Shown: positions 39,667 to 49,681, counted from the stretch's first letter. The stretch: DNA of 49,681 bases from Hormoscilla sp. (GCA_051439505.1 JBFRWI010000112.1:1-49681); one strand, 5' to 3'. Numbers and translations are program-made. The notes: generated from the sequence alone by a model not told the origin.

Positions 39667-41595
39667 TTAGAAGGGGATCTCATCATCCTCATCATCCTCT
39701 TCTGCTTCCCGTGAGGGTTGCTGCTGGTTGGTAGCTTGGGGATGGGTTTTCTCGAAAGCGGATATAGTTTCACTCAGCAGATCTTCTGGTAAGGCGATCG
39801 ACTCCCCGTCGAAAGCTGCGGCCAAGCTTTTAGCAGCTGCCGCCACAGCCTTTTCTTCCTGGCTGCGGGCTTGCATCCTGGCGGATTCTTTGGTAATAGG
39901 AGTTGTAGGGTTGGTTGCTATAGGCTGCTTGGTTTCCGTTGTCGGACGGGTATTTGCGGGGGATGGCGGTTCGACTTCGCTCACCGCAAGGGGCTGTTTA
40001 ACAGCAGCAGCCTGAGACTGCTGGGCTGATGCTACTACTAACTTTACTGTGACGGGGCGCTGGAGAACTGTGGCAAAGGCTGTTTCCATTTTGGGTACAT
40101 CTTTCTTTACCATCTCCAGCAAGGGCTTTGAATTCATGCTAACTATGATAGTAGAACCTTCAATTGCTCGTAGCCTTCCGTGTTGATTTAAGAGTGAGCG
40201 AGTAGAGTGAAAATCGATCGCCTTAATTGCCTGTTGCCAAATTGGCTTGTATTCAGCCGACTCAGGCATCTCCTCCGGTTCAACTTTGGCCCTAGGTTCT
40301 GCCACGGGATTTGCTGTCGGTGCAACAGGAGATTTGTTCTCCACAGATGGGGCGATCGCACTTTTGGGAGGTTTTTCTACGGGGGACTCACTGCGATCTG
40401 TTTTTGCTGGCTGTGAAGATGTGATAGTTTTATTGGCAGCCTGAGAAACCTGTTTGCTATGGCGATCGGGCTGCGGTTCGACTTCCCTCACCGCCTGTTG
40501 AGTGAGGGCTGATGGTAACAAACCCAACAGGGTCACTTCTAACCATAAACGGGGTTGGGTAGTATGTTTAATTTGATATTCACTATCCTTGAGGTGCTTT
40601 TGTCCTGCTAAAATAATTGATGGGGAAAACTGGTCAGCTAACTTGCATAATGCCTCCCAAGTGGGGGGAGTCATCGCTACTAAATCACTCCGCTGGGGTG
40701 CAGTTTTGGCAATTAGTAAATCTCGGTAAAAACTGGCGATGTTTTGCAGGACGATCGCCGGTTCCTTGCCGCGCTCGACGATCGATCGGCATTGTTCGAG
40801 TAAATTGAGGTTATCGTCAGATGCGATCGCGCCGATCAGGGCAAGCAAATCCCGTTCTGGCACCGAACCCACCAAATCCCAGACATCTTCTGGCTTCACC
40901 TCAGAAGGTTGTAAACTGAGTTGATCGAGTAAACTTTCAGCATCCCGCAGTCCCCCTTGGGAAATTTGAGCAGCTAGGGTAATAGCTTCATCAGTAATGG
41001 CGATGTTTTCTTTCTGAGCAATATCCCTCAAATGATTTACCATTGCTGTTAAAGGAATGCGACGAAAATCAAATCGCTGACAGCGAGAGATGATGGTGGG
41101 CAAAACTCTTTGAGAGTCAGTTGTTGCTAGCACAAAGACTACTCGTTCTGGGGGTTCTTCTAATGTCTTGAGCATCGCGTTGAATGCGGATACGCTTAAC
41201 ATATGAATTTCGTCTATTATGTATACTTTGTAGCGACCTCGGACTGGGGCGAACTGTGCTTTTTCGATCAATTCTCGGATATTATCAACCCCGGTGTTGC
41301 TGGCGGCGTCAATTTCGATTACGTCTAGGGACGTGCCTTTGATAATTGATTGGCACATCTGACATTCCCCGCAAGGGGTATCGGTAGGTCCATTGCTGCT
41401 CAAACAGTTGAGAGATTTGGCGAAAATGCGGGCGCTGGAGGTTTTGCCCGTGCCTCGGGGACCGGCAAATAGGTAGGCGGGGGCGATCCGGTTCGTACAC
41501 AGGGCGTTCCTTAAGGTGGTGGCGATCGCCTCTTGTCCCACCAGTTGGGCGAATGTCTGGGGGCGATATTTCTGGTGCAGGGGTTCGTAACTCAT
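39667..41595 (-). CDS. dnaX: DNA polymerase III subunit gamma/tau
   Basis: KYRPQTF, GPRGTGKTS, zinc-binding cysteines, EIDAASN, DEIHML, SRCQ, GGLRDA. Confidence 0.97.
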   Translation of the reverse strand: MSYEPLHQKYRPQTFAQLVGQEAIATTLRNALCTNRIAPAYLFAGPRGTGKTSSARIFAKSLNCLSSNGPTDTPCGECQMCQSIIKGTSLDVIEIDAASNTGVDNIRELIEKAQFAPVRGRYKVYIIDEIHMLSVSAFNAMLKTLEEPPERVVFVLATTDSQRVLPTIISRCQRFDFRRIPLTAMVNHLRDIAQKENIAITDEAITLAAQISQGGLRDAESLLDQLSLQPSEVKPEDVWDLVGSVPERDLLALIGAIASDDNLNLLEQCRSIVERGKEPAIVLQNIASFYRDLLIAKTAPQRSDLVAMTPPTWEALCKLADQFSPSIILAGQKHLKDSEYQIKHTTQPRLWLEVTLLGLLPSALTQQAVREVEPQPDRHSKQVSQAANKTITSSQPAKTDRSESPVEKPPKSAIAPSVENKSPVAPTANPVAEPRAKVEPEEMPESAEYKPIWQQAIKAIDFHSTRSLLNQHGRLRAIEGSTIIVSMNSKPLLEMVKKDVPKMETAFATVLQRPVTVKLVVASAQQSQAAAVKQPLAVSEVEPPSPANTRPTTETKQPIATNPTTPITKESARMQARSQEEKAVAAAAKSLAAAFDGESIALPEDLLSETISAFEKTHPQATNQQQPSREAEEDDEDDEIPF

Positions 41596-41762
41596 GTCGA
41601 TGCTGGCCTGACTGGTGATTTTTGACTCGCTTTACCCAAGAAACCGGGTTGATTTTGGGTAAAATACTGATATCAAGTTTAGCACCTCAGTGCCAACCCG
41701 GTTGATGACAAGAATCGATGTCCTAGAATGGAAATGCAGGCAGTACCACCGGACCCAAGCAG

Positions 41763-42860
41763 ATGTTAAAACGGATTTGGCGATCGATTGTAAGATTTAT
41801 CGAGCGTTTATTTGGCAAAAAGACACGACCCCCCCAACGGACAGAAGCGATAGCAGAGAATAAACCGCCTCTGGAGGATGCTGATTACGAGTTTTTGTTC
41901 ATGCAGTTGCTGGAAGGGGTACATAACGGTTGGGGAAAAGTCCAAGTATTGAACTATCTAGATAGTTTGTCCGATCGCGCCAGTGAAGTAGAATGGGTAG
42001 GGTGGCTGCGTCAGTTTGGCGATCGCCTCCTTACCAACCCGACGCCCAATGACGAATTAGCATCCCGGATGCTGAAGTTGGGGGAAACTCGCTGCGGCAC
42101 CCTGGCAGATGTGGCGGCAGAAGTTGGCAGGCAACTGCTGGCCAAAAAAGTAACTCTGCCCTCCCCACCCATGACCGCAGAGGCGGAAAGCTTATTTTAC
42201 CAGGGTAACGAGCAATTTGACGCGGGGAATTATCAAGGGGCGATCGGCTGTTGGGACCAGGCCCTGACCATCAAACCCGACCTCTATGAAGCTTGGACGA
42301 ATCGCGCTTTGGCCCTAAGTAACTTGCGCCGCTATGAAGAGGCCGTTGCTAGCTACGATCGGGCTTTAGAGATGCAACCAGAATACGATGTTGCTTGGAG
42401 TAACCGGGGCTTGGCCCTGAAGAACTTAAAGCGCTATGAAGAAGCCCTCGCTAGCTACGATCGGGCTTTAGAAATGCAACCACATTTCTATGACCCCTGG
42501 CTCAACAAGGGTAACCTGCTGGGTGCTTTGGGTCGCTATGATGACGCGATCTCCAGTTTAGAAAAGGCTATAGCAATTGAACCGCTTCGATATGAAGCTT
42601 GGTTATCAAGGGGTAATATGCTGATGGTAACAGAGCGCTACAATGATGCGATCGGCAATTGGGATAAAGTCCTCGAACTCCGACCTAACCTGCAACGGGC
42701 CTGGACTCAGCGTGGTGTGGCCCTCTTTCACCTCGGTCGCTATCAAGAGGCGATCGCTTCTTGCGATGAAGCCCTCAAACTCCAACCAGGCGATCAAGAG
42801 GCCATGTCCTACCGAAATAAATCTCTGGTGAAGTTGAGCGCCGCAGATGATAATAATTAA
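41763..42860 (+). CDS. tetratricopeptide repeat protein
   Basis: about six 34-aa repeats AW.NRG.AL..L.RYEEA.ASYD.AL; conserved N-terminal YEFLFMQLLEGV. Confidence 0.9.
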   Translation: MLKRIWRSIVRFIERLFGKKTRPPQRTEAIAENKPPLEDADYEFLFMQLLEGVHNGWGKVQVLNYLDSLSDRASEVEWVGWLRQFGDRLLTNPTPNDELASRMLKLGETRCGTLADVAAEVGRQLLAKKVTLPSPPMTAEAESLFYQGNEQFDAGNYQGAIGCWDQALTIKPDLYEAWTNRALALSNLRRYEEAVASYDRALEMQPEYDVAWSNRGLALKNLKRYEEALASYDRALEMQPHFYDPWLNKGNLLGALGRYDDAISSLEKAIAIEPLRYEAWLSRGNMLMVTERYNDAIGNWDKVLELRPNLQRAWTQRGVALFHLGRYQEAIASCDEALKLQPGDQEAMSYRNKSLVKLSAADDNN

Positions 42861-42916
42861 ACCCAAGGTGGGCCGTGCCCACCCTCAATTTTCCATTTTT
42901 CATTCACAATTTGCCA

Positions 42917-43654
42917 TTAGACTGCGAGAAATCTTTGAATTACATCGTTGCTGAGTTTATCGGTCGATCCTGATGCGACAATACCTCCCTTTTGCATGGC
43001 ATAGTACCAATCTGCTTGCCGGACAAAGTGCAACTGTTGTTCTACTAATAGCACGGAAATGCCTGTGGTGGCAATTATTCTACTCACCGCTGCCTCTATT
43101 TCTAATATGATTGATGGTTGTATGCCTTCCGTGGGTTCGTCTAATAAGAGTAGCTGCGGACGCCCCATTAAGGCCCGGGCGATCGCCAATTGTTGCTGTT
43201 GTCCGCCACTGAGATCTCCCCCCATGCGCGATAGCATTGTTTCTAAGACTGGAAATAACTCCAATATCTCCTGGGGAATTGCCCGATCGCGTAGCGTGCG
43301 CGCAGCGCAATCGGCTTTTTTCATCCTACCCGGACGGGCCTCTAACCCTAGCAACAAGTTTTCTTTCACTGTTAACTGAGGGATGATTTCCCGTCCTTGG
43401 GGAACGTAACCTATGCCCCGACGGGCCCGGCGATCGGGGGATAAAGAGGCGATGGACTCTCCGGTTAATGTTATTGTACCCGTGCGGGGTTTGAGCAATC
43501 CTATAATTGTCTTCAGGAGAGTCGTTTTGCCCACACCATTACGTCCAATTAGGCAAACCATTTGTCCGGCAGGGACGTGCAAATCCACATCTCTGAGAAT
43601 GTGGCTCTCACCATAGTATACATTTAACCCGTAAATTTGTAGCATGTTGTTCAT
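42917..43654 (-). CDS. urtE: urea ABC transporter ATP-binding subunit
   Basis: YYGESHILR, GRNGVGKTTLL, GYVPQGREI, LSGGQQQQLAIARAL, DEPTEGIQPSI. Confidence 0.9.
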   Translation of the reverse strand: MNNMLQIYGLNVYYGESHILRDVDLHVPAGQMVCLIGRNGVGKTTLLKTIIGLLKPRTGTITLTGESIASLSPDRRARRGIGYVPQGREIIPQLTVKENLLLGLEARPGRMKKADCAARTLRDRAIPQEILELFPVLETMLSRMGGDLSGGQQQQLAIARALMGRPQLLLLDEPTEGIQPSIILEIEAAVSRIIATTGISVLLVEQQLHFVRQADWYYAMQKGGIVASGSTDKLSNDVIQRFLAV

Positions 43655-43746
43655 TAGTCACTGTGTAAATATGATGTTAAGATCGATTATATCTGAAACT
43701 AGACCAAGGAAATTCGACATATAAACTGTCGTGAATATCTGAAAAT

Positions 43747-43780
43747 AACTACGAACTACGAACTACGAACTACGAACTAC
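43747..43780. repeat. heptamer tandem repeat (ACTACGA)n
   Basis: four to five tandem units; the reverse form occurs near 13795-13822. Confidence 0.85.
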
Positions 43781-43782
43781 TT

Positions 43783-44214
43783 ATGGAACCTGGGAACAAA
43801 AGATCTGTTTGGGCGATGACGCCCGCTGCTTGGATCCGACTGACCGTGTTATTCTTTCTCCTTACCTGTGGAGGGATCTGGTCCTGGTGGATTTTTGCTC
43901 ATCCGTCGGACCCGGAACAAGCAGCCGATCGGGCAAATCTGTTGCAGGCAATCTACGAACATGGTAATTATATTGAAGCGGCGATCTGGAGTATATTTGC
44001 CGCCGTCTTTGCTGTGAAAGCTGTAAAAAAATCTGGTCTTGGTCGTACCTGGTCTCTTGTCGCTGCAATAACTTTCTTTTTCTTCGGGCTATCGGACATT
44101 GTGGAAGTGTTTACGGGTGGTTGGTGGCGTCCGTGGTGGCTGTTTTTATGGAATGTTGCCTGTGGGGCCTCGATGGTGGGTTTGTTGGTGACATATCTGC
44201 GCTATTTAAGGTGA
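43783..44214 (+). CDS. hypothetical membrane protein
   Basis: several TM helices; GNYIEAAIW, FGLSDIVEV.TGGWWRPWWL. Confidence 0.75.
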   Translation: MEPGNKRSVWAMTPAAWIRLTVLFFLLTCGGIWSWWIFAHPSDPEQAADRANLLQAIYEHGNYIEAAIWSIFAAVFAVKAVKKSGLGRTWSLVAAITFFFFGLSDIVEVFTGGWWRPWWLFLWNVACGASMVGLLVTYLRYLR

Positions 44215-44258
44215 CTGGGATTGATTAATCAGTCAACAGAAGTTACGGAGGCCGATCG

Positions 44259-44672
44259 GTGAGTACTATTCAAATGTCTTTACGACTGGGAGGAAGAATT
44301 CCTCCCCAAGAGAAGTTAACACAAATTCTGGGAATTGCACCTACGAAGGCAAGGCGGCGGGGAGAACGAATTTCGTCAAAGCGCGTCCAACCTGCTGATA
44401 TCTGGATTCTCGATCTGGCTAAGTTCGATACTGACAGTACCCCACAAGAGATAGATAAGCATATGCTACAATCTGCTGTAATTATACAGCAATTGGCACC
44501 AGGACTGGCAGCTTTAGACCGCACTAACTGTAATACTGATTTGTATGTTAGTACTGTCCGCGAAGAAGACCAAGGTGGGTTGTCTTTCTCCCCAGAACTG
44601 GTGGCCGCTGCGGCGGCAGCTAAGTTGTCAATTCAAATATCTATCCTGGTGATGCTGGATGATTACGATTAA
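44259..44672 (+). CDS. DUF4279-like protein
   Basis: LTQILGIAPTKARRRGE...W, GLSFSPEL...KLSIQI; SD GGAGG. Confidence 0.65.
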   Translation: MSTIQMSLRLGGRIPPQEKLTQILGIAPTKARRRGERISSKRVQPADIWILDLAKFDTDSTPQEIDKHMLQSAVIIQQLAPGLAALDRTNCNTDLYVSTVREEDQGGLSFSPELVAAAAAAKLSIQISILVMLDDYD

Positions 44673-44709
44673 CTGCGATCCCTATTAAACGATCGTACCT
44701 TAACCAAAG

Positions 44710-44818
44710 TAGTGCTGCGCGGCGGAAATAATGCACTAGCCTGTATGTGGCTCAAAGCCTTGCTCCAAAAGAATTTTGAATTTTTAATTTTGAATTTTGA
44801 ATTCCGCGCAGCGGCAGG
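44710..44818 (-). mobile_element. dispersed ~108-bp MITE-like repeat, copy 2
   Basis: reverse complement of 21193-21300. Confidence 0.8.
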
Positions 44819-44883
44819 TCTCACCCTCCCCCAAAAGTCAAATAGGATGTTATAATTAGAGCAAACAGCAAGATAATGGCGGT

Positions 44884-45147
44884 ATGGCTATGGCAACGGA
44901 TATTAAACAGGCTGTCAAACAAGCAGTTGACGATCTTCCTGATGAAGCAGTAGCAAAAGTTTTCGACTTCATCGGATATTTGCAATGGCAGCGAGAAAAG
45001 GTAGACCAGTCATGGTTTGCCAATCAAGAATGGCAAACTCGCTATCGAGAAGCAAAGGAAGATATCAAAGAAGGGCGGTATCAGGACTTTGATAATATTG
45101 ATGATTTACTCGCATGCTTGAAAAATCAGCCAGAAAGTGAAGAATGA
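44884..45147 (+). CDS. putative type II antitoxin
   Basis: small acidic ORF (DQSWF...WQ...EA.EDIKEGR...FDNIDDL) overlapping the toxin by ATGA. Confidence 0.75.
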   Translation: MAMATDIKQAVKQAVDDLPDEAVAKVFDFIGYLQWQREKVDQSWFANQEWQTRYREAKEDIKEGRYQDFDNIDDLLACLKNQPESEE

Positions 45148-45401
45148 AACTCAGAATCACAAAACGTTTTATGAAGGACTATAAAAAATTGCCGTTGGAC
45201 ATTCAGCAGCGATTGGATCAAAAACTGGAGTTTTTGCTGAATGACCCCAGTTATCCATCTTTGCGAGTTCATAAGCTGCGAGGTGTTGAGGGTTTGTGGG
45301 AATTTAGCGTCACGATGAACTACCGAGTTATCTTTGAAGTTGAAGATGAATATTACCTGTTGCTTGGCGCTGGACCTCACGATATTGTTGACAGAATTTG
45401 A
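45144..45401 (+). CDS. RelE/ParE superfamily toxin
   Basis: TKRFMKDYKKLP, PSLRVHKLRG..GLWEFSV..NYRVIF, G.HD. Confidence 0.85.
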   Translation: MKLRITKRFMKDYKKLPLDIQQRLDQKLEFLLNDPSYPSLRVHKLRGVEGLWEFSVTMNYRVIFEVEDEYYLLLGAGPHDIVDRI

Positions 45402-45644
45402 AGGAGATCGCGGCGCCCCTCCCATGGGTGCCCCGTTCGGTACAAGCGGGACGCCCGTATCTACAAGAAGATGCGTTCCTTAGAGGAACAGATAGGGGAA
45501 CCCACCCTACTTACTATTTGACTTCAAAGATTTCGGGCAAGTATCTGCTTGACAGGGGGTTATATTATATTGTATCACCTCTGTCAAGTATACTTCAGGT
45601 TTAATTTACTTTTCAGGTCCTCACCCGCCCACCCTACATTTATT

Positions 45645-47390
45645 TTACTCGTTCCCTAGGATATCGCCAAAATATTGCTGATATAACTGACATCGGGGAC
45701 GACAATTATTTCCAGATCGCACCACTAAACCCATACTATTTAACTTAAACCCTAACTCCGATCGCAATCTCACTCCCTCTGATGCCGTTACTACTTCTTT
45801 CATCCCTGCTAATAATTCCGGATATTTCTCTAAGTTCCACAAGTGACGCCGCAGATGATCCCTGTATATTCCTGCTTCTGTCCCCCCCGATCGCACCAAC
45901 TGACTGAGAGTTACCTCCTGGCGGGCCAGATGATACATTCCTAACCTCAGCAAATAGGGATGTCCCCCTACTAATTGCATTAATTCTTCAACTTCTGCCC
46001 TCTGCCAAGGTAACCCGTGCCTTTGGGCTAATGCTAGCACTTGCTGGCTATTAAATTCCGGTAATTCTATCGGTAATCCTACGTTAAATGGAGATTTGTT
46101 CGCGTCCAAGGGAATGTATACTTCCGTGGAATGCACTACTATTAACCGCAAATTTTTCCAGATCGATCGCCGCTTCCCTTCTTCATGTAAGGCCCGCAAT
46201 AACCCAAAAAAGTCATCCGCTATTTCCGGACTGGCAAACACCCGATCGACTTCATCTAATCCTAAAGTTAGAGATGTGGATAGTTCTGGTAATATACATT
46301 GCTCGAAGTAGGCTTTGCAACATTGATTCGAGCCGATGATTTCTGCTAACTGCCAAAAGTTGGCTAATTTATCCAGCATGCCTAACTCCATGCCGATGCT
46401 AGCACAAAACCACTGCAAAAAGCTATCGGAATTGGCGAAGACTCGCTGGTTCGCTAGCTGCAAGCTTAAGGCGATGGTTTTTGACCCTTCTCTTTGGGCC
46501 CGATGCAGTATTCTCGCCATTAATGATGTTTTTCCCATCTGTCTGGGGGCTTTGATCCTAATTAGCGCTCCCGGCTGGATAATTGTATGATAGCAGTCTG
46601 ATTCGATCGGGGGCCGATCGATATAAAATCGCGATGCCATCTCTACCTGTCCTTCCGGTAATTCTGGTGCGGCCACTGGTAGGGGATGACTCCCAGATCC
46701 TTGGGTACCAGATATGGCCTTCCAGTCGATCGCCAATTCATGATTTGCTGTCAAACTACTCCGCTTTTCTTGACAGATGACCAGCAATTCTGCTACGATG
46801 GTTTCCGTGTCCGAGGCCCTACGCCAATGCCATGATACTATGGGCTGTAAATAGCTTAAAAGGTCGAAGGATAGGGGCCCTTCGGGATCCAATTCTACCC
46901 AGATGGGTAAAATTGCTGGCTTCTCAGACTGGCGATCGGGCAATTCTTGTAGTAAGGTTTCGCTGACCAGAGCTTGGGATGATAACAATAGTACTAGATA
47001 ATCGGATATTTGCCAGTCTTCTGGCAGCAGGGCGTCGGAACTGCAGAAGATTTCGTGACCCGCAGCAGTTAAAGCTGCCTGCAACTGCTGCGTGAGGGTT
47101 TCCTTTGACGCCCGATCGCGGATCGCCACTCGGGCTATTGTAATTTCTCGGTTCTCGGCGGGGGGTTGTGCCTCCAAGGCCGCTATCTGCCGCCATTCTT
47201 GCCCCAAGACTCGACAAATTTCGACAAAGTTGGCAAAGTCCACTGGTCTACCATTCAGGAAGTTGCTGACCGTTGATTGGGATATGGCTAATTCTTCCGC
47301 CAGCAGCTTCTGACTCGGAAACCCATTTCTCAGCAGTGAGGTTTTCAGCATCGGGCTACATTCTGCACGCACTCTTAGCGATCGGGGCAT
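45645..47390 (-). CDS. XRE-HTH + TIR-like + AAA_35 NTPase
   Basis: SQKLLAEELAISQSTVSNFLNG HTH; SDYLVLLLS..SE...EL TIR-like segment; IKAPRQMGKTSL, LDEVD, SPFNVG, GGHPYL; ATG at 47390 preferred because the upstream TTG lies in a repeat. Confidence 0.88.
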   Translation of the reverse strand: MPRSLRVRAECSPMLKTSLLRNGFPSQKLLAEELAISQSTVSNFLNGRPVDFANFVEICRVLGQEWRQIAALEAQPPAENREITIARVAIRDRASKETLTQQLQAALTAAGHEIFCSSDALLPEDWQISDYLVLLLSSQALVSETLLQELPDRQSEKPAILPIWVELDPEGPLSFDLLSYLQPIVSWHWRRASDTETIVAELLVICQEKRSSLTANHELAIDWKAISGTQGSGSHPLPVAAPELPEGQVEMASRFYIDRPPIESDCYHTIIQPGALIRIKAPRQMGKTSLMARILHRAQREGSKTIALSLQLANQRVFANSDSFLQWFCASIGMELGMLDKLANFWQLAEIIGSNQCCKAYFEQCILPELSTSLTLGLDEVDRVFASPEIADDFFGLLRALHEEGKRRSIWKNLRLIVVHSTEVYIPLDANKSPFNVGLPIELPEFNSQQVLALAQRHGLPWQRAEVEELMQLVGGHPYLLRLGMYHLARQEVTLSQLVRSGGTEAGIYRDHLRRHLWNLEKYPELLAGMKEVVTASEGVRLRSELGFKLNSMGLVVRSGNNCRPRCQLYQQYFGDILGNE

Positions 47391-47429
47391 GACATATACT
47401 TGGTAGATAACGATAACATTTTCGCTTTC

Positions 47430-47706
47430 AGCCCGCCGGGGGTTCAAACCCAAAGGCTTTTAGCTAACGTCGGTTAAAACTCACATCTTGCACCATTCTC
47501 AATTAATCAATAAGTCTCATGGTCCGCCGTGGGTTCAAACCCTAAGGCTTTCAGCCTCTTGTCGGTTGAAAACCGACTGTCTACCTTATCTCGACAAGGT
47601 AGACAGTGGGTTTTAACCCACTTAAGCTATTAGCCCGGGGTTTGAACCCCGGGCGGGGTAGCGGGCTTTTTGACAATGGTGCAAGATCGAAAGTTTTAAC
47701 CGACTA
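47430..47706. mobile_element. nested palindromic MITE/REPIN-like element
   Basis: GTCGGTTAAAACTCACATCTTGCACCATT ... AATGGTGCAAGATCGAAAGTTTTAACCGAC inverted ends enclosing two GGGTTCAAACCC-type hairpins. Confidence 0.75.
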
Positions 47707-47766
47707 CTAAGATCTAATATCATAATACTAATGTACAACGCCATCATTTTAATACAATAAGGGACT

Positions 47767-49419
47767 ATGAATGCTCGCAACTACACTGGTATATTGCTTT
47801 CTCTGCTACCCCTATGCCTGGGACTGCTGCTGTGTACCGCTTTTAACCCCAGCATCGGCATTACCGCCCAGTCAGTGGCGATCGCCCTGGACCCCCAGCG
47901 GACTCTCGTGGGTCGCATCTATACTCCCAAGGCCCCCAAACCTTATCCTGCTATTATCCTCTGTCATGGCGTTAACAATAGTCGCGAGATGATGGCCCCC
48001 CTCGCCGTGGAATTGGCCAGACATGGCATAGCCGCGATCGCCTTTGATTTTGGCGGCTACGGCGAGTCCTATCCTCTCACAACCCCACAAAAATCTATTG
48101 CTAACCTGGAACTTTCTACCCTCGCCGATGCGGAAGCGGTCCTGGCCTTTATTCGCGATCGGCCCCAGCAATTCGATGGCGATCGCCTGGGGGTTCTGGG
48201 CCATTCCATGGGGGGCACTACTGCCCTACATTTAGCCCAGAAATACCCCCAGTTGCGGGCTACGATCCTCCTGGGGATGACCGGTCTGGCAACCGTAACA
48301 ACACCGAAAAATCTCTTCCTCGGGGTTGGTTTGTACGAACAGATTAATCCCCCCCGCCAGTTTAGAACTATGCTGCAACAAGCTACAAAACGCGATCGCC
48401 CCCCTTGTATTAATAGCGATCGCATTTGCGGGGACTTTTCTCGGGGGACCGCCCGCCAGTTGTTCGTTTCCGGGACCGCAGACCACGTCCTCGAACCCTA
48501 CGATCCGCAATTAATGAGGCAAGTTGTCAACTGGGCACAACGGGCTTTAGAACTACCCATAATAGAAGAAAGGCCCCTAGTTACACCTTGGTTTATTTTC
48601 GGTCTATTAATAACATTTGGTGGCGGCATTGCTGCGGGTGTCAGCATATTTATGCGATCGGCCCAACCCCTACAATTACCCGCCCGTAAACTCTGGCGCT
48701 ATTGTGTTAGTACCTTGCTGGTCGTACTTATGGCCGTCATCTGGACTATGGGTGCTAACGGACTCAGTCCCTCCATCGGGGCTAGCAATATGTTAATCTT
48801 CTGCTACGTTTTACTGTTAAGCAGCAATTACGCCCTCCGTTACCCGGAAAAACTTCGCAAAATACTGCGCCTTGCTAGTTTATATTGCCTGTTGTTCCTG
48901 GTAGCTTTTATCCTGCCTGCTTTACTGTGCGGCATCCCCGAGATTGTGTACTCGCCCCTCCCCTATCTGGCTAAGTTACCACAATTCCTCTGCCAATGGC
49001 CGTTTTTTGTGGTCTACAATTACAGCCAAGGGATCAAATTAGCTTTGTTGCCCTCCTACACCCTGGCTTTACAACCCAGTTGGCTATTTTTGTTCCTAGT
49101 ATTGCTGGAGTTAATCTCCCCCGGCATGACTTTCACCGCTGCGGAAAAATTTGCTCTTTGGGGCGTTAAGTGGTTGCGTCGTCCTTTCACTTTTACCGGT
49201 ATTGGTAGGGTCGGGCGCCAGCAAGGGGGTTTGTTAGCAGTCTTGCTGCTGCTATTAGCTGCTATCCTCTACCAACGAGTCGCTGATGGACTGCTTCAGG
49301 TGGCTGCAAGTAAGGGATTATTGGCCTTGCAGATGGTGGGCATGTTCCTGTTTTTGCCCGTCACGGTCATTGTTCTGGGGGTGCGATCGCCCTGGTGGCG
49401 CCGTTTAGAAAGCTAGACT
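47767..49419 (+). CDS. alpha/beta hydrolase with C-terminal multi-pass membrane domain
   Basis: HG, FDFGGYGES, GHSMGG nucleophile elbow, ADH; hydrophobic C-terminal half. Confidence 0.85.
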
Positions 49420-49681
49420 GTTTGCTAGAATATGAGAAAAGGATATGCTGTCGGGAGCAAGTCTATGACAATTGTAGAGTGGGCACCGCCCACCATTTCC
49501 CATCGAAGCTGCCCGACAAGGGCAAGATATTAGTATTGTCGCCAGTCAACTGCTAGGGAGTCTTCTGGAGTGGGAAGCCCAGGACTCTCAAGAAGCTATT
49601 CAAGGCATCCAGCGGGGGTTTGATAATTTTGAAGCGGGGCGGTTTCGTTCTTTTGACCAGTTTGCTGAGGAACAACGTCGT

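Noticed and set aside
42295..42500. 102-nt near-identical tandem repeats in the TPR gene
   Set aside because: Ordinary TPR unit duplication, common in cyanobacteria
47391..47453. N-terminal extension of the AAA_35 gene from the TTG at 47453
   Set aside because: The TTG lies inside a repeat element; MPRSLRV at 47390 fits the HTH start better
49553..49681. 3' end of a minus-strand gene at the window edge
   Set aside because: Two frames are open for 28-43 codons and neither can be identified from this fragment

Overview
This is a cyanobacterial chromosomal window. The octamer GCGATCGC (HIP1) is very frequent, heptamer tandem repeats are present, and AGAAACCGGGTTTCT palindromes suggest a filamentous, Oscillatoriales-like genome (inference). 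The backbone is housekeeping: a CNNM/CorC transporter, tRNA-Tyr/Thr/Arg/Ala, ftsH2, a DinG-like protein, recA, xseAB, nurA, raf1, apt, yajQ, ebsA, an mgdA-like GT2, dnaX and urtE. Three accessory patches interrupt it. (1) An orphan AAA ATPase and a DUF6883/DUF4926 pair lie between recA and xseA. (2) A ~6.6 kb block follows tRNA-Ala. It holds two DUF6745 paralogues that share a relocated ~81-aa membrane module, then a mosaic array of REP-like hairpins whose modules are each bounded by HIP1 sites (often exactly 26 bp apart), with an Rpn/PD-(D/E)XK nuclease gene inside the array. (3) A patch with DUF4279, a RelE-type toxin-antitoxin pair and an HTH-TIR-like-AAA_35 gene. Several tiny palindromic elements appear to have inserted in frame into housekeeping genes. 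No CRISPR array, integrase, reverse transcriptase or intact IS transposase was seen. Family names come from recognition of motifs, not from database searches.
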